A DNA stretch of 64,000 bases from an uncultured Fibrobacterota bacterium. GTDB taxonomy: Bacteria > Fibrobacterota > Chitinivibrionia > Chitinivibrionales > FEN-1185. The notes under the pieces were generated by a model that did not search any database, was not told the origin of the DNA, and worked only from the letters and a program-made list of their open reading frames with translations. The stretch's first letter is position 1, and every line of letters starts with the position of its first letter. A program made the translations under genes and the position numbers. This document shows positions 9,130-19,593 of the stretch, one piece after another. The DNA lies in the NCBI GenBank assembly GCA_963729895.1, contig CAVSQB010000016.1:86734-150733 (forward strand), read 5' to 3'.

Positions 9130-12100
9130 ATGCTCAACCTTCACTTTGCCCCGTCCGCCGGCCTTCTGGTTCCCGAGCTGCTCAGCAGGATCCGTTCAGT
9201 CTGGACCGACCCCTTCCGGCCGCCCACGATCCTTGTTCCAAGCCCGGCAGTCGGCACATGGCTGCACCTGCGCCTTGCGGATTGCGAAATTCCGGGGCTT
9301 CACGGGCGCTCCCATGCACTTGGGTGTACTGCCAACCTTGAGATGCTCACGCTGGAACGCTACCTGTGGAACGTCCTTGAGCCGGCAAAAAATATGCAGC
9401 GCATGGGTGTTGCGGTTATGCAGCAGATGATCTGCGCGTTGCTCAACTCCAGCCTGCTCAAAGAAAGCCTATACGCATCTGTCAACTACTACCTGAAGAA
9501 ACCCGACACCACGGTTGACCCCTTCAAGCGGGTCCAGCTGGCATCAAAAATTGCTCGGCAGTTTCTGGAATATGAGTTCAACCGGCCGAGCGTATGGGAT
9601 GACAAACGTCGCCAATGGAGGCTTGACGGCGTTGATGCAAAATGGCTCAAGGGTCAAACCTACTTCGGCGAAAATACCGAAACCGAGTTGTGGCAAAAGG
9701 ACCTCTATTGCAGAATCCACGAATATCTCGACCGTGCCGGCCCTCGCGATAACGTCCGCTACATCTCCCTTCCGCACCTTTACAGGCTGCGGCGGGAAAA
9801 GGGCCTCGAAAACAACGCACAATGGACGGTTCCCCCCGACGATGTCTTTCTGTTCGGCGTATCCAAGGTCAGCCACTTTCACCGGAATACTCTGGTTGAG
9901 ATTTCCCAGATGCCGGGCATCACCATGCACGTTTTTCTTCCAAATCCATGCGCCGAATTCTGGGAGGATGTTGATACGCGGCGCAACCGTAGTAACCTTC
10001 GCCGCGCGTGGAAGCACGATTCGGGGAAGAAAGATGCAGGCATACCCGCCCGCAGCCGCGAAGATTATGCGAAAGAGGAACTGAGCGAGATCGTACAACT
10101 GCCCCGCGACCATGCACTGCTCGAACTTTGGGGGAATGCGGGCAAGGCGAACATCTTTCTCTGGTGCGCGGACGCACAATGGAACTTTGAGTATTACGGC
10201 CCCGACTGGGTTGAAGAGGAAAAAGATCCGGATACGCTCCTCAAAGCCGTCCAGTATTCACTGCTGAGGTGCCAGAACGGACTCCAAGGCGGATGCAGGG
10301 CCGATGCATCTCTCCAGGTGCTTGCCTGCCCCGATCCCGCGCGCGAAGTTGAGGAGCTGCGGGAGCAGATACTTGACTTAGTGGAAACCGACGTGGTCCG
10401 GCATTTACATGAAATCGTTGTCTACCTTCCCGATCCTGGCGCCTATGGAGCGCAGATTCATCGCGTTTTCGGCTCCCTGAAGCCAAGCGACCCCGGTTAC
10501 ATTCCCTACTCGGTGCTGGGCGCGCCGGGAAGCGACAGCCTTTTTGCGCAAGGCATGAACACGTTGCTGGAAATCATCGGGGGGCGTTTCGACCGGGCCC
10601 ACGTTTTCGCGCTGCTGCGCAACCCGATTGTTCAATCCACGCGGAAGATCTCTTCGGAGGATATTGTCGTATGGGAAGGATGGACGGAAGAGCTGGGCAT
10701 CTTCCGCGGCTACAACCGCGAGCACCGAATCGAAATGGGAGACCGCGGGAAATCCGTCACCGACGCCCATACCTTCGAGCTTGCCATAGGGCGGCTGCTT
10801 ATTGGCAATCTGGCCGCAGGCGAGGCCGATATGAGGTACCACCTGCACGCCGGAGACACGGAACGGACAGTTTCACCGATCCCCGCGTTCCGCGATTTCG
10901 ACACCTCTGACGCGAATCGCGTCGAAACCTTCTGCGGCACGGTGGAAGACCTCTACAATGACGGCGGCCTGCTGTTGGCGCAGGAGTCGTTGTCCGCGTC
11001 CGTAAACGTGATGACGCGCCTGGTGTGGGACTGGTTCGGCATTGTTCCGGAGGGAAGAACGGCGGCCATGGCCGCCGAAGGCAGGGTGAGAAACGAGTTT
11101 CTCGAAGCGCTGCGTGCCATCATGGTGCAGGATGAGCTTGCCAAACGCGAAGAACCGGCCGGACTGCAGGAGTTCCTTGCCCTGGTGCGGGAATGCCTGC
11201 CCGAAGAACTTCCGGCCGGGTCCAAAGCATGGACCGGCGGCATCACCTTTGCGCCCCTTCGGCCGGCAATGATTGTTCCGCACAAGGTGATTTTCGCGCT
11301 GGGGCTTGACGCAACGGCATTTCCCGGCACCGGCGACAAATCCGGCTGGGACCTGCTGTCTCAAAAACGTATTGTGGGAGATTCCGACCCGGTCCGAGAC
11401 AACCGTTTCGCATTTTTGGAACTGCTGCATGCGGCACAGGAACGCCTTGTTCTTTCTTTTCGGGCCCGCAACATGCAGAAAGAGGAGGAACTGCAGCCTT
11501 CGAGCGTTGTTCTCGAACTCGAGTCCTATCTTAACAGTCAAGGCCTGAAGTCGAACACCGAAGGCCGCTGCCTGATAAGGCGGGACATACCGTGGATCGT
11601 CCGCGAGTCTCTGGAGGTACTAAACAAAACAGTGCGCCGGCGGGGAAGCTGGGACCTTCCCGAAGTGCGGCTTGCGCGCATCGAGCAGGAGGCCGGGGCA
11701 CAGAAAGCGACCTACCGTTACGCGACCGCCTTCAAAACAACGGAGAATGCCGGGCGGGACCATCTCCGCACCACCGTGCGCGACCTCCGCACGTTCTTTG
11801 CCAACCCCCTTGAATACCACTTGTCAAAGACGCTCGGCATTGAATTGGATGAGCAGCCGGCCACCGCGGGGGCAACCGACGAACCCTTGCAATCGAGCCC
11901 GCTGGAAATGTCGGGTCTACAGAAAGCCATCTGGACGGAAGTGCTACGAACGGTTTTTCCGGACAACGAAAAGGACGAGTGTATCGACGCCGGCGTGCTG
12001 GGAGAGAAGGCGGAGAAAATCGCACAGGAAGTTCATGCCCGTTACGTTGTGATGGGCGGCTCGCCGGAGGCACAACTTTGCATGATGGAGGAGCAGCTCC

Positions 12101-12813
12101 TGAGTACCTGGGCGAGGGATTGCGCGGATGCGACCTTGGGCATACGCAACACCTTCGGCACTCACAAACTTTTGCAGAGCGTCGATGTAGCGCTCAAGCA
12201 GCCGGGAGCGACCGGTGAATTGACAGTCGGCATAGGATACGGGACGCAGTGCTCCGTGGAGTGCGGGCACCAGCTTGTGCTGGCGCCGCGTTGCGGGTCG
12301 GGGGAGATCGGCATTCTTGGCATCAAGAAAGAGGGGGAGGCAGCGGAAAATCCTGCTCTCTGGCTGACGGGAGCCCTGCAATGGCTGGCGGACAAGAAAA
12401 ACGGCAGGCAGCGGGTCATCCGGCTTGTCCAGTTGAACCGCGGGGGCGGAGAAAAGAAGAAGGCGGGATCAACCTGCGCCAGAATGAAAGAACAGTGCGA
12501 CGGCGGCCGCGATATTGAACAATGGCTCGGCGATTTGATCCGATCCATGCTTATAGGGCGGTCGTGCGACCATTTGCCTTTCGCAATAGTCCGGGAGCTG
12601 TGTACACTAGACGACGACAGGAATCTCGATGTGAAGGGATTGACCAGAAAGAACATCGAGGAACGGCTCTCGGGTGAACACAATCCCTATCATTGTTATC
12701 TGGAGGCCTTTGCCCTCGTTGATGCGCGCATCCCGGACGCACGCGATGAAGAACTGCAGCAGTGCGCGCGAGCCCGGTTCGCGCCGATGCTGGAGGGATG
12801 GATCCATGAGTAA
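9130..12813 (+). CDS. recC: Exodeoxyribonuclease V gamma subunit RecC
   Basis: TILVPSPAVGTWL, FLPNPCAEFWED, PAREVEELREQI, FAFLELLHAAQERLVLSF, PSSVV and FFANPLEYHL match the RecC layout. First gene of recCBD. Confidence 0.9.
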   Translation: MLNLHFAPSAGLLVPELLSRIRSVWTDPFRPPTILVPSPAVGTWLHLRLADCEIPGLHGRSHALGCTANLEMLTLERYLWNVLEPAKNMQRMGVAVMQQMICALLNSSLLKESLYASVNYYLKKPDTTVDPFKRVQLASKIARQFLEYEFNRPSVWDDKRRQWRLDGVDAKWLKGQTYFGENTETELWQKDLYCRIHEYLDRAGPRDNVRYISLPHLYRLRREKGLENNAQWTVPPDDVFLFGVSKVSHFHRNTLVEISQMPGITMHVFLPNPCAEFWEDVDTRRNRSNLRRAWKHDSGKKDAGIPARSREDYAKEELSEIVQLPRDHALLELWGNAGKANIFLWCADAQWNFEYYGPDWVEEEKDPDTLLKAVQYSLLRCQNGLQGGCRADASLQVLACPDPAREVEELREQILDLVETDVVRHLHEIVVYLPDPGAYGAQIHRVFGSLKPSDPGYIPYSVLGAPGSDSLFAQGMNTLLEIIGGRFDRAHVFALLRNPIVQSTRKISSEDIVVWEGWTEELGIFRGYNREHRIEMGDRGKSVTDAHTFELAIGRLLIGNLAAGEADMRYHLHAGDTERTVSPIPAFRDFDTSDANRVETFCGTVEDLYNDGGLLLAQESLSASVNVMTRLVWDWFGIVPEGRTAAMAAEGRVRNEFLEALRAIMVQDELAKREEPAGLQEFLALVRECLPEELPAGSKAWTGGITFAPLRPAMIVPHKVIFALGLDATAFPGTGDKSGWDLLSQKRIVGDSDPVRDNRFAFLELLHAAQERLVLSFRARNMQKEEELQPSSVVLELESYLNSQGLKSNTEGRCLIRRDIPWIVRESLEVLNKTVRRRGSWDLPEVRLARIEQEAGAQKATYRYATAFKTTENAGRDHLRTTVRDLRTFFANPLEYHLSKTLGIELDEQPATAGATDEPLQSSPLEMSGLQKAIWTEVLRTVFPDNEKDECIDAGVLGEKAEKIAQEVHARYVVMGGSPEAQLCMMEEQLLSTWARDCADATLGIRNTFGTHKLLQSVDVALKQPGATGELTVGIGYGTQCSVECGHQLVLAPRCGSGEIGILGIKKEGEAAENPALWLTGALQWLADKKNGRQRVIRLVQLNRGGGEKKKAGSTCARMKEQCDGGRDIEQWLGDLIRSMLIGRSCDHLPFAIVRELCTLDDDRNLDVKGLTRKNIEERLSGEHNPYHCYLEAFALVDARIPDARDEELQQCARARFAPMLEGWIHE

Positions 12814-15800
12814 CGGCACAATCCTCAAGGACGCCGGAGAAATTGATCTCACCCGCCACGGCGTAATCGAGGCGCACGCAGGCGCCGGAAAGACCCATAC
12901 CATCGTGGAAATGGTGCTTCGCATCCTTCTGGAGCCTGTCGCTACTGTCAATGGCGAACCGGCATTCAATCACATCCGTAACCTCCTGCTCGTAACCTTC
13001 ACCGAAAAAGCCGCCGGTGAGCTTAAGAAACGGATCCGGCAAGGAATAGAAAAACGAATCGCCGAACTTCTGCCCGACGGTTCGGTAACGAGCCCCGGGC
13101 TGAAACAGCACCTCGAAGACTGTCTCAACAACCTCCACGAATCGTTTATCGGCACCATCCACGGCGTGTGCCTGCGCCTGCTCCAGACGTGGCCTTTCGA
13201 AACCGGAGTACATTTCAAGACGGAGATAACGGATGATGCCGAAGGGCTGGCAGATGCGCTGCGGGAATCGGTGCGCACCGACTGGCAGGATGAGAAGACC
13301 CTCATTCCGTGGGCGCTGGAGCGCTTGCAGGCGCAGGGAATGCATCTGAGCAAAAAACACTTCTCGCTCGTGTGTGAAATCGCGGAAACATTGCTGGACA
13401 AGGATAACACAGTTCTTGACAGAAGGTCATGCGAAAATTTCCGGCTCGGGAGTTTGAAAACTCTTTTTGATAAGGAGTTTTTGGCCCACCTGCCCGACTT
13501 CATGAAGCGTGTGGAACAGATCAAGAATTTCCTGGACGGGTTTGCGCCGGACGGCGCTTTTCATGAAAATGCAAAGACGGCCGTTGCATCCGCGAGAACG
13601 TGGGCCGGGAAAGTCCTTGCGGGAACGGTGCCGATTAGCCGAGAGGCCGTTGCGTCCCTGTCGAAATTCAAGAAGCCCGATAGGAACGGCGTGATGAGAC
13701 CCTGCGCCATCTGTGACGCCGCATTCAAAAAGACCGTGCAAGGGAGCGAACTCGGAAATCTTTTTGAATCCTTGCAGAACCACCCATGCATTTCATCACT
13801 CACTGCAATCGAACGAAACCTCCCTCTCACCCTTCTCTGCGATGCGGCGGAGCTTCTCCGCGACCGGTGGGCAAACACCAAGCAGGAAAAGGGGCTCGTC
13901 TCCTTTCAGGACATGCTTCGCTTCATGTGCAAAGCGGTAACGGGCAATCCGAGGTTCTGCACCGCGCTTCGCCGACGGCTGCGCTACGGCATCATCGACG
14001 AGTTTCAGGATACGAGCATTTTGCAATGGAAAATATTCAAGCTCCTGTTTCTCGAAACGCCGGAAGAAAACGGCCCGCGGCTTTTTATCGTGGGCGACCC
14101 CAAGCAGTCGATATTCGCGTTCCAGGGCGCCGACGTGCAAAGCTACGTCGACGCAAAAAGCGCCATTGAAAGGGAAAAGGGGCGGGTATACGGATTGATA
14201 CACAACTATAGGTCGCTGCCTGAAACCATAGCGGGCTGCAATGCGATTCTCAAACCGAACAAGGACGGGGACTGGTTTGCATTTGATACCGCCGCGCCAG
14301 GACGGGGCGCGATATCCTATCCTTCCGACACCGAAGGCGGAGCGCTTGCACAGGCGCCGGAAGGTCGCACCGCCAGACCCGGTGGTGAGCTGCCCTACAA
14401 GCCGGTGCAAATCATGGCACTTGAGGGAAACGCACCGAGACGCCTCGCCGACATGGCAAAATGGGCAAGCGTTGTAATCAGGTCCCTCACAGGAAAAACC
14501 ATCTCGGTTCCCAAAGGGCTCGAGTGGGAAGCTGTCACGCTTGAATACAGGCATTTTGCGGTGATCGTGGAAAAACACCGTTTTGCCGTGCCTTTTCTGG
14601 AGCGATTCCAGGCAGACGGCATACCGGCTGCAAAGTACAAAATGGAAGGCGTGTTCCAGTCTCCTATGGCGCGCGATCTGCACGCATTGCTGCGCGCGGT
14701 GGTGCACCCTGCGGGAGACCCGGCGCCGCGGCTTGCAGCACTTCTCACCCGGTTCTTCAACCGCCACCCGGCCGCGATCAAGCCGGAATTGGACCTTGAA
14801 CCCTGCGCAAAGCCCCGCATCGAATGCAACCGCGGCGGTTCCTGCATTTTCCATGCGTTGGAAGAATGGGCTTTTCTTGCGTCACAACAGCTTTGGTCCC
14901 AGCTCTTTTGGAGCATACACGAGCGCACACGCGTACGCGAGCGCCTTGTCCGTCTGGTCGATGGGGAACGACATCTGGCAGACCTGCGGCAGGTGAGCGA
15001 TTATTGCATCGAGCAACTGTATCGCGGCGCCGTGAGCCTCGAGCAGCTTGTTGAGCGCCTGGGGCGCCTGCTTGCAGAAGAGGAATCCGCCGGCCGGGAC
15101 AGGAACCTTTTTATGCTGGCAACAGATAAGTCAAGCGTGCGGGTTTTGACCGTGCATGCCGCCAAGGGGCTGCAGTTTCCGGTGGTCTTCGCAGTGACAG
15201 GCGGGTCGGAAAGCAGCAGGAAAGGCATGGGCACGCTCTGCTGGATCGAAAACCATGCACAGCGGGTGATGCCCGCACTTTCGTTCGGCAGGGATCTGTT
15301 GAAGGACCTGTTTGACGAAGAGGAAACAAGCATTCCTCCCGTTCTTCAAAGGAGGCAGGAGCGCCGCCGCCGCCTTTACGTCGCTCTTACCCGCGCGCAG
15401 GCAATGCTGTTTGTGCCCGCGCATTTACATGGGGAGCCCGACCGAGGAAACAGGGCCGCTTCCTGGGCCAAACGGCCTTTGCCTCCCAACCCGGACGACG
15501 ACCTCACTCCACGGCTTCTTCAATTGCTTGACGATAAGGACCTGGAACGGAAGTACATTGATTTGTTTGACGGCGGCCGCTGGAAAACCGGGCCTGCCGA
15601 AAAGACCAATGAACCTCTTGACCATCTCGACCCGGCTTGGGTGCCGCCTCCCTCAGCCGAGGCGGCTTCGGATGAAATGGAAAAACGGATGCAGGCGCTT
15701 GACCTGCCCGGCCGCATCTGCCGGCAGACGAGTTACACCGAATTGAGCCGTGAAGCGGACTCCGACCGTGCAACCGACCACGGCGAAGAAGAAGACGAAA

Positions 15801-16552
15801 CGGAACCCGCCGGCGCGTCGAATGCTCCCCCGCCCTTTTTGCCCGGCGGCAGGCAGACCGGCGACGCGCTGCACAGAGCAATCGAAGAACTGCTGGGGAC
15901 GGACGACGTCAAGTCTTTGCCAACCGACACACAGCCTGTTTACACCGTTGTCAGAAAATATCTGGACGGCAACGGAGTGCTGAGAGGCCTCAAGCACGAA
16001 ACAGAATACACGCGGGCGGTTGAGGCCGGCGTTGAATATGTCAATGGCGCATTGACGACCTCTTTGCCGCTGCCCGGAGGCGGGACGGTAACCATCGCCG
16101 ATCTGAAATGTGGGGACCGAATTCCGGAAATGGAGTTCTTCCTTGGAGTCTCTCCTCACTGGGTGCACGGGTACATGGACCTTGTGTTCCGGCTCGAAAA
16201 CGGAAATGCCCTGCACCCATGGCGGTATTTTGTTCTGGACTGGAAAAGTGACCGGCTTGAACAATTCGACGGGCAGCGGCTGGAAGCATTCATTCATGAG
16301 CGCCATTACGATCTTCAGTCGAAGATCTACTGCCATGCGCTTGACAAATATCTCGGGGGAATTCTGGGTGCGGCCTATGATCCGACGCAGAACCTGGGCG
16401 GCGCGGTCTATGTGTTTCTGAGAGGTTTCGGGACCGAAGCGCCCAAGGGTCAATGCCGCACGTGGATACGTCGTGCGAACCCCAAAGAAGATTCGAAGTT
16501 CACACAAGATCAACTAGACAATCTGATCGTCAAGAGATCCGGTCGGGCTTGA
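12806..16552 (+). CDS. recB: Exodeoxyribonuclease V beta subunit RecB (UvrD-type helicase plus PD-(D/E)xK nuclease)
   Basis: IEAHAGAGKT, VTFTEKAAGEL, IDEFQDT, VGDPKQSIF.F.GAD, TVHAAKGLQF and LYVALTRA. Nuclease motifs GYMDLVF, LDWKS and YDLQ. ATG overlaps the recC stop. Confidence 0.93.
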   Translation: MSNGTILKDAGEIDLTRHGVIEAHAGAGKTHTIVEMVLRILLEPVATVNGEPAFNHIRNLLLVTFTEKAAGELKKRIRQGIEKRIAELLPDGSVTSPGLKQHLEDCLNNLHESFIGTIHGVCLRLLQTWPFETGVHFKTEITDDAEGLADALRESVRTDWQDEKTLIPWALERLQAQGMHLSKKHFSLVCEIAETLLDKDNTVLDRRSCENFRLGSLKTLFDKEFLAHLPDFMKRVEQIKNFLDGFAPDGAFHENAKTAVASARTWAGKVLAGTVPISREAVASLSKFKKPDRNGVMRPCAICDAAFKKTVQGSELGNLFESLQNHPCISSLTAIERNLPLTLLCDAAELLRDRWANTKQEKGLVSFQDMLRFMCKAVTGNPRFCTALRRRLRYGIIDEFQDTSILQWKIFKLLFLETPEENGPRLFIVGDPKQSIFAFQGADVQSYVDAKSAIEREKGRVYGLIHNYRSLPETIAGCNAILKPNKDGDWFAFDTAAPGRGAISYPSDTEGGALAQAPEGRTARPGGELPYKPVQIMALEGNAPRRLADMAKWASVVIRSLTGKTISVPKGLEWEAVTLEYRHFAVIVEKHRFAVPFLERFQADGIPAAKYKMEGVFQSPMARDLHALLRAVVHPAGDPAPRLAALLTRFFNRHPAAIKPELDLEPCAKPRIECNRGGSCIFHALEEWAFLASQQLWSQLFWSIHERTRVRERLVRLVDGERHLADLRQVSDYCIEQLYRGAVSLEQLVERLGRLLAEEESAGRDRNLFMLATDKSSVRVLTVHAAKGLQFPVVFAVTGGSESSRKGMGTLCWIENHAQRVMPALSFGRDLLKDLFDEEETSIPPVLQRRQERRRRLYVALTRAQAMLFVPAHLHGEPDRGNRAASWAKRPLPPNPDDDLTPRLLQLLDDKDLERKYIDLFDGGRWKTGPAEKTNEPLDHLDPAWVPPPSAEAASDEMEKRMQALDLPGRICRQTSYTELSREADSDRATDHGEEEDETEPAGASNAPPPFLPGGRQTGDALHRAIEELLGTDDVKSLPTDTQPVYTVVRKYLDGNGVLRGLKHETEYTRAVEAGVEYVNGALTTSLPLPGGGTVTIADLKCGDRIPEMEFFLGVSPHWVHGYMDLVFRLENGNALHPWRYFVLDWKSDRLEQFDGQRLEAFIHERHYDLQSKIYCHALDKYLGGILGAAYDPTQNLGGAVYVFLRGFGTEAPKGQCRTWIRRANPKEDSKFTQDQLDNLIVKRSGRA

Positions 16553-16557
16553 CGGAA

Positions 16558-18657
16558 ATGGAATCTGCAATGGAACTGCTGGAAGCGCTGGAAGCCTATC
16601 TTGTTGAAACCGGTCAGATCAATCCCCTGGCGCAGCGTCAGGCGCGCCTGCTATGCGGCTCCGTTGCGGATGAAACTCTTCAAAAAGAAGCGCGGATATT
16701 CCTGCTCCTCAATCTTGCCGCCCTTCATGCGGGAGCTCCTCGCGCGCCAAGGGATTTTCTCCTTGCACCGTTGCGGCCCGATGTTGTTCAACGGTATGCC
16801 GAGGTTTACAGAAATGAACATCCGGGCTCCACACCCTCGTGGGAAGCCGTGCTCACCGATCCGGGCCCTAACAAGACGGTCTCCTCAACGCTGGACGAGG
16901 TATTACAAAGCCCCCGTCGTCTATCGCCCTTGACGGGAGAGGAACCTCCGGATGAAAACGCCGGCCATCCGCTCCTGATTATCGGCAGGCGGCAGAACGC
17001 CCGCGCCGGATTTTCACGATACTGGCGCGCGGCGGCCGCTCTGGAAAAGGAAATGCTTGGACGATTGCATCAACCGACCGTTGCGCTGTCGGATGACACG
17101 GCTCGTGAGGCCGTGCGCTACGTATTCGGCGCCGGTTCCATCCTTGAAGGAAACCGCAGGTTTCACTACCGTCAAGTGACCGCCGCTGCGCTCGCGCTCC
17201 GCACACGTTTCCTGATAATTTCGGGCGGCCCGGGATCCGGCAAGACAAGCGTGCTGACGCAGGTTCTCCGCACGCTTATGCATGCCTGTGGAGAAATAGA
17301 GCCGGACCGCATTGTGCTGTGCGCCCCTACCGGCCGCGCGAAAGCCAGGTTAGGCGACAGTATCGACCGGGGAATCGGGTTTATCGAGAAGACAGGCTCC
17401 CCCGGCAACGCCAAAAGAAGAGCGCGCGACCTGAGCCTAAAAAATCTTGAGCGGAAAACCATTCACGGCCTCCTCGGTGCCAGGCCCGACAGCACCACGA
17501 AATACAACAGCGGAAACCCGCTTTCTTATCAGGTAATCGTAGTTGATGAAGCGAGCATGGTTGACCTGTGCCTTTTTGCTTCCCTCATGGAAGCCGCTGC
17601 TCCCGAATGCCGGATGCTGCTGGTGGGCGACATGCACCAGCTGCCTTCGGTGGAGGCCGGTGCGGTGCTCGGCGACCTCACCGATCACTTTGCAGGAACA
17701 GGCGGCACCCCTACCCTGACGGCGCGCACTGCCGACTGGGTGCGCAACATTGTCAAGGACGTCCCTGTTGACGGAGGGGGGGACGTCGGCGCGCCATCTC
17801 TTGTTCTGTCAACGCCCGCCGCGATCCAAAAGGCCGGGCGCCTTGCGGACCATGCAATTGTCCTTTCTCATTCTTACCGGTCGACAAAGGAAATCATGGC
17901 GTTTAGCGAGCAGATAAACTGCGGCGATGCCGGCAACGCCCTGCGGTCCATTAGCGAGAATGACGACTCCACCGTCGTGACACTGGACACCGGCACAGGG
18001 ATCGGCCCGATCAAAAACTGGCTGAACGACCGGTATTCCGGCGACACACTGCATCCGGTGAAATCGTTACGGGGCCTGGATGTTGACGCGGTCCGCGATC
18101 CCGGACACCGCGATCATGCTGCAACACTTTCCAGTCTCGATAATGCGTTCCGGCTTTTTGACGCATCTCGCATCCTCACTTTGGCTCACGGCGGACAGCG
18201 CGGACGGATTTCGATCAATTCCCTGGCAGACAGATTACTGCGCGCTGCATTGGATGAAGACGACAGGGAGCGGTTCTTTCATGGCCAGCAAGTGCTTCTC
18301 GGACAAAACCTGCCCGACCTCGATTTATATAATGGCGATATGGGAATGGTGGTTCACTCAAAAAATGCTGGACAAAAAGTGGTCTTTCGCCGCGGAACAA
18401 AGTATACAATTCACGCTCTCGAACGCATAGCCGGGCTTGAGTCCGCCTTCGCAATCACCGTTCACAAGTCGCAAGGTTCCGAATTCGACTCCGTGTTGCT
18501 GGTTTTGCCGGAATACAAAAGCCCCCTTCTCACCAGGCAGGTTTTGTACACCGGAATTACCAGGGCAAAAAACCGCATTCGCATCCTGGGGACAAAGCTG
18601 CAATTACAAACAGCAATTGAAACAAAGGAAGAAAGACCGGGCGGGCTGAACCTGTGA
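16558..18657 (+). CDS. recD: Exodeoxyribonuclease V alpha subunit RecD
   Basis: SGGPGSGKT, APTGRAKARL, TIHGLLG, VDEASMVD, VGDMHQLPSVEAG, TVHKSQGSEF and LYTGITRAK. Confidence 0.93.
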   Translation: MESAMELLEALEAYLVETGQINPLAQRQARLLCGSVADETLQKEARIFLLLNLAALHAGAPRAPRDFLLAPLRPDVVQRYAEVYRNEHPGSTPSWEAVLTDPGPNKTVSSTLDEVLQSPRRLSPLTGEEPPDENAGHPLLIIGRRQNARAGFSRYWRAAAALEKEMLGRLHQPTVALSDDTAREAVRYVFGAGSILEGNRRFHYRQVTAAALALRTRFLIISGGPGSGKTSVLTQVLRTLMHACGEIEPDRIVLCAPTGRAKARLGDSIDRGIGFIEKTGSPGNAKRRARDLSLKNLERKTIHGLLGARPDSTTKYNSGNPLSYQVIVVDEASMVDLCLFASLMEAAAPECRMLLVGDMHQLPSVEAGAVLGDLTDHFAGTGGTPTLTARTADWVRNIVKDVPVDGGGDVGAPSLVLSTPAAIQKAGRLADHAIVLSHSYRSTKEIMAFSEQINCGDAGNALRSISENDDSTVVTLDTGTGIGPIKNWLNDRYSGDTLHPVKSLRGLDVDAVRDPGHRDHAATLSSLDNAFRLFDASRILTLAHGGQRGRISINSLADRLLRAALDEDDRERFFHGQQVLLGQNLPDLDLYNGDMGMVVHSKNAGQKVVFRRGTKYTIHALERIAGLESAFAITVHKSQGSEFDSVLLVLPEYKSPLLTRQVLYTGITRAKNRIRILGTKLQLQTAIETKEERPGGLNL

Positions 18658-18753
18658 GGCGGCGGAAATCCCTTCTGGAAACCAACAGCGTCCGGACAAA
18701 CGGATACCCCTAAAAATCCTCTTCGCCGGGCTCAGCGCAAACTGCATGCGCGG

Positions 18754-19329
18754 CTAGTCGAGAACAGGTACCCCCTGATAGTCCGGCGCGGGGCTGCCCT
18801 GGAATTCGCCGTATTCGATGTATTCGGCATCCTTGTGGTTGAGATACCAGATCTTGACATCGAACAGAAATTCCTTTGAAAGATCTGCCAGCATAAGAAG
18901 AATGGCATTTATCCTGGTATCCTTTTCGACGGCAGCGTAATTCAGGTAGAATTCCAATTCATCGGCTGCGATTTCATGGACAATATTGAATATGTCATGA
19001 AAATCGTCCTCAACTTCCGCCGTTTTCGGGAGTGTGCCGGCAACGGGGTCACTGACGGAATACTCCGACGCCACTTCTATGCCTTGGCTGCGTGCGATCT
19101 TCTCGATTATCAGACGTTGAGCATCCTTTTTCACGCTCATGTACAGAAAGAAAGCCCTTTTGAGGCCATCGCTGCAGGATGCTCCCTTTTCCTCAAAAAA
19201 TTTGACCGCCTCAGACGCCCGCGTTACCGCCGAGACAAATATCCTCGAATAGTGCGAATCATCGTCGTGCGCGACGCGATCTTTGGCTTTGGGAACCTCA
19301 TTGAAATTGCGCGCGTAAGTCTGTTTCAT
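18754..19329 (-). CDS. Ferritin/rubrerythrin-like protein with degenerate metal ligands
   Basis: Two helix-pair repeats in rubrerythrin register (...DELEFYLNYAAVEKDTRINAILLMLAD). ATG at 19329 with a GGAGG RBS. Confidence 0.6.
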   Translation of the reverse strand: MKQTYARNFNEVPKAKDRVAHDDDSHYSRIFVSAVTRASEAVKFFEEKGASCSDGLKRAFFLYMSVKKDAQRLIIEKIARSQGIEVASEYSVSDPVAGTLPKTAEVEDDFHDIFNIVHEIAADELEFYLNYAAVEKDTRINAILLMLADLSKEFLFDVKIWYLNHKDAEYIEYGEFQGSPAPDYQGVPVLD

Positions 19330-19416
19330 TAAAATCCTCCGATGGTATTGTCCGCATTGTTGCATCCTGCTCCGTCCCAAGAGCAGTTAAATCACGTTCA
19401 TCCATGTTTAAAAAAG

Positions 19417-19433
19417 CGCAATTCGTATGCCAA
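19417..19433 (-). promoter_or_regulatory. Candidate sigma-54 (-24/-12) promoter
   Basis: Minus strand TTGGCATACGAATTGCG (GG-N10-GC), about 90 nt upstream of the ferritin-like gene. Confidence 0.7.
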
Positions 19434-19593
19434 CAGGTTTTGGCCGGCAATTTTGAAACAATTTGACTGCGGTATCCGATTTGCTATTTTATGTAATAAG
19501 GGAATTTCAAGAGATGGATAACGGCGCTCCCCACGCGTGCGTAGTGGGTCACAACCGGGTGGCCCGATTACGAAAACAGGAAGAAGAACGATA

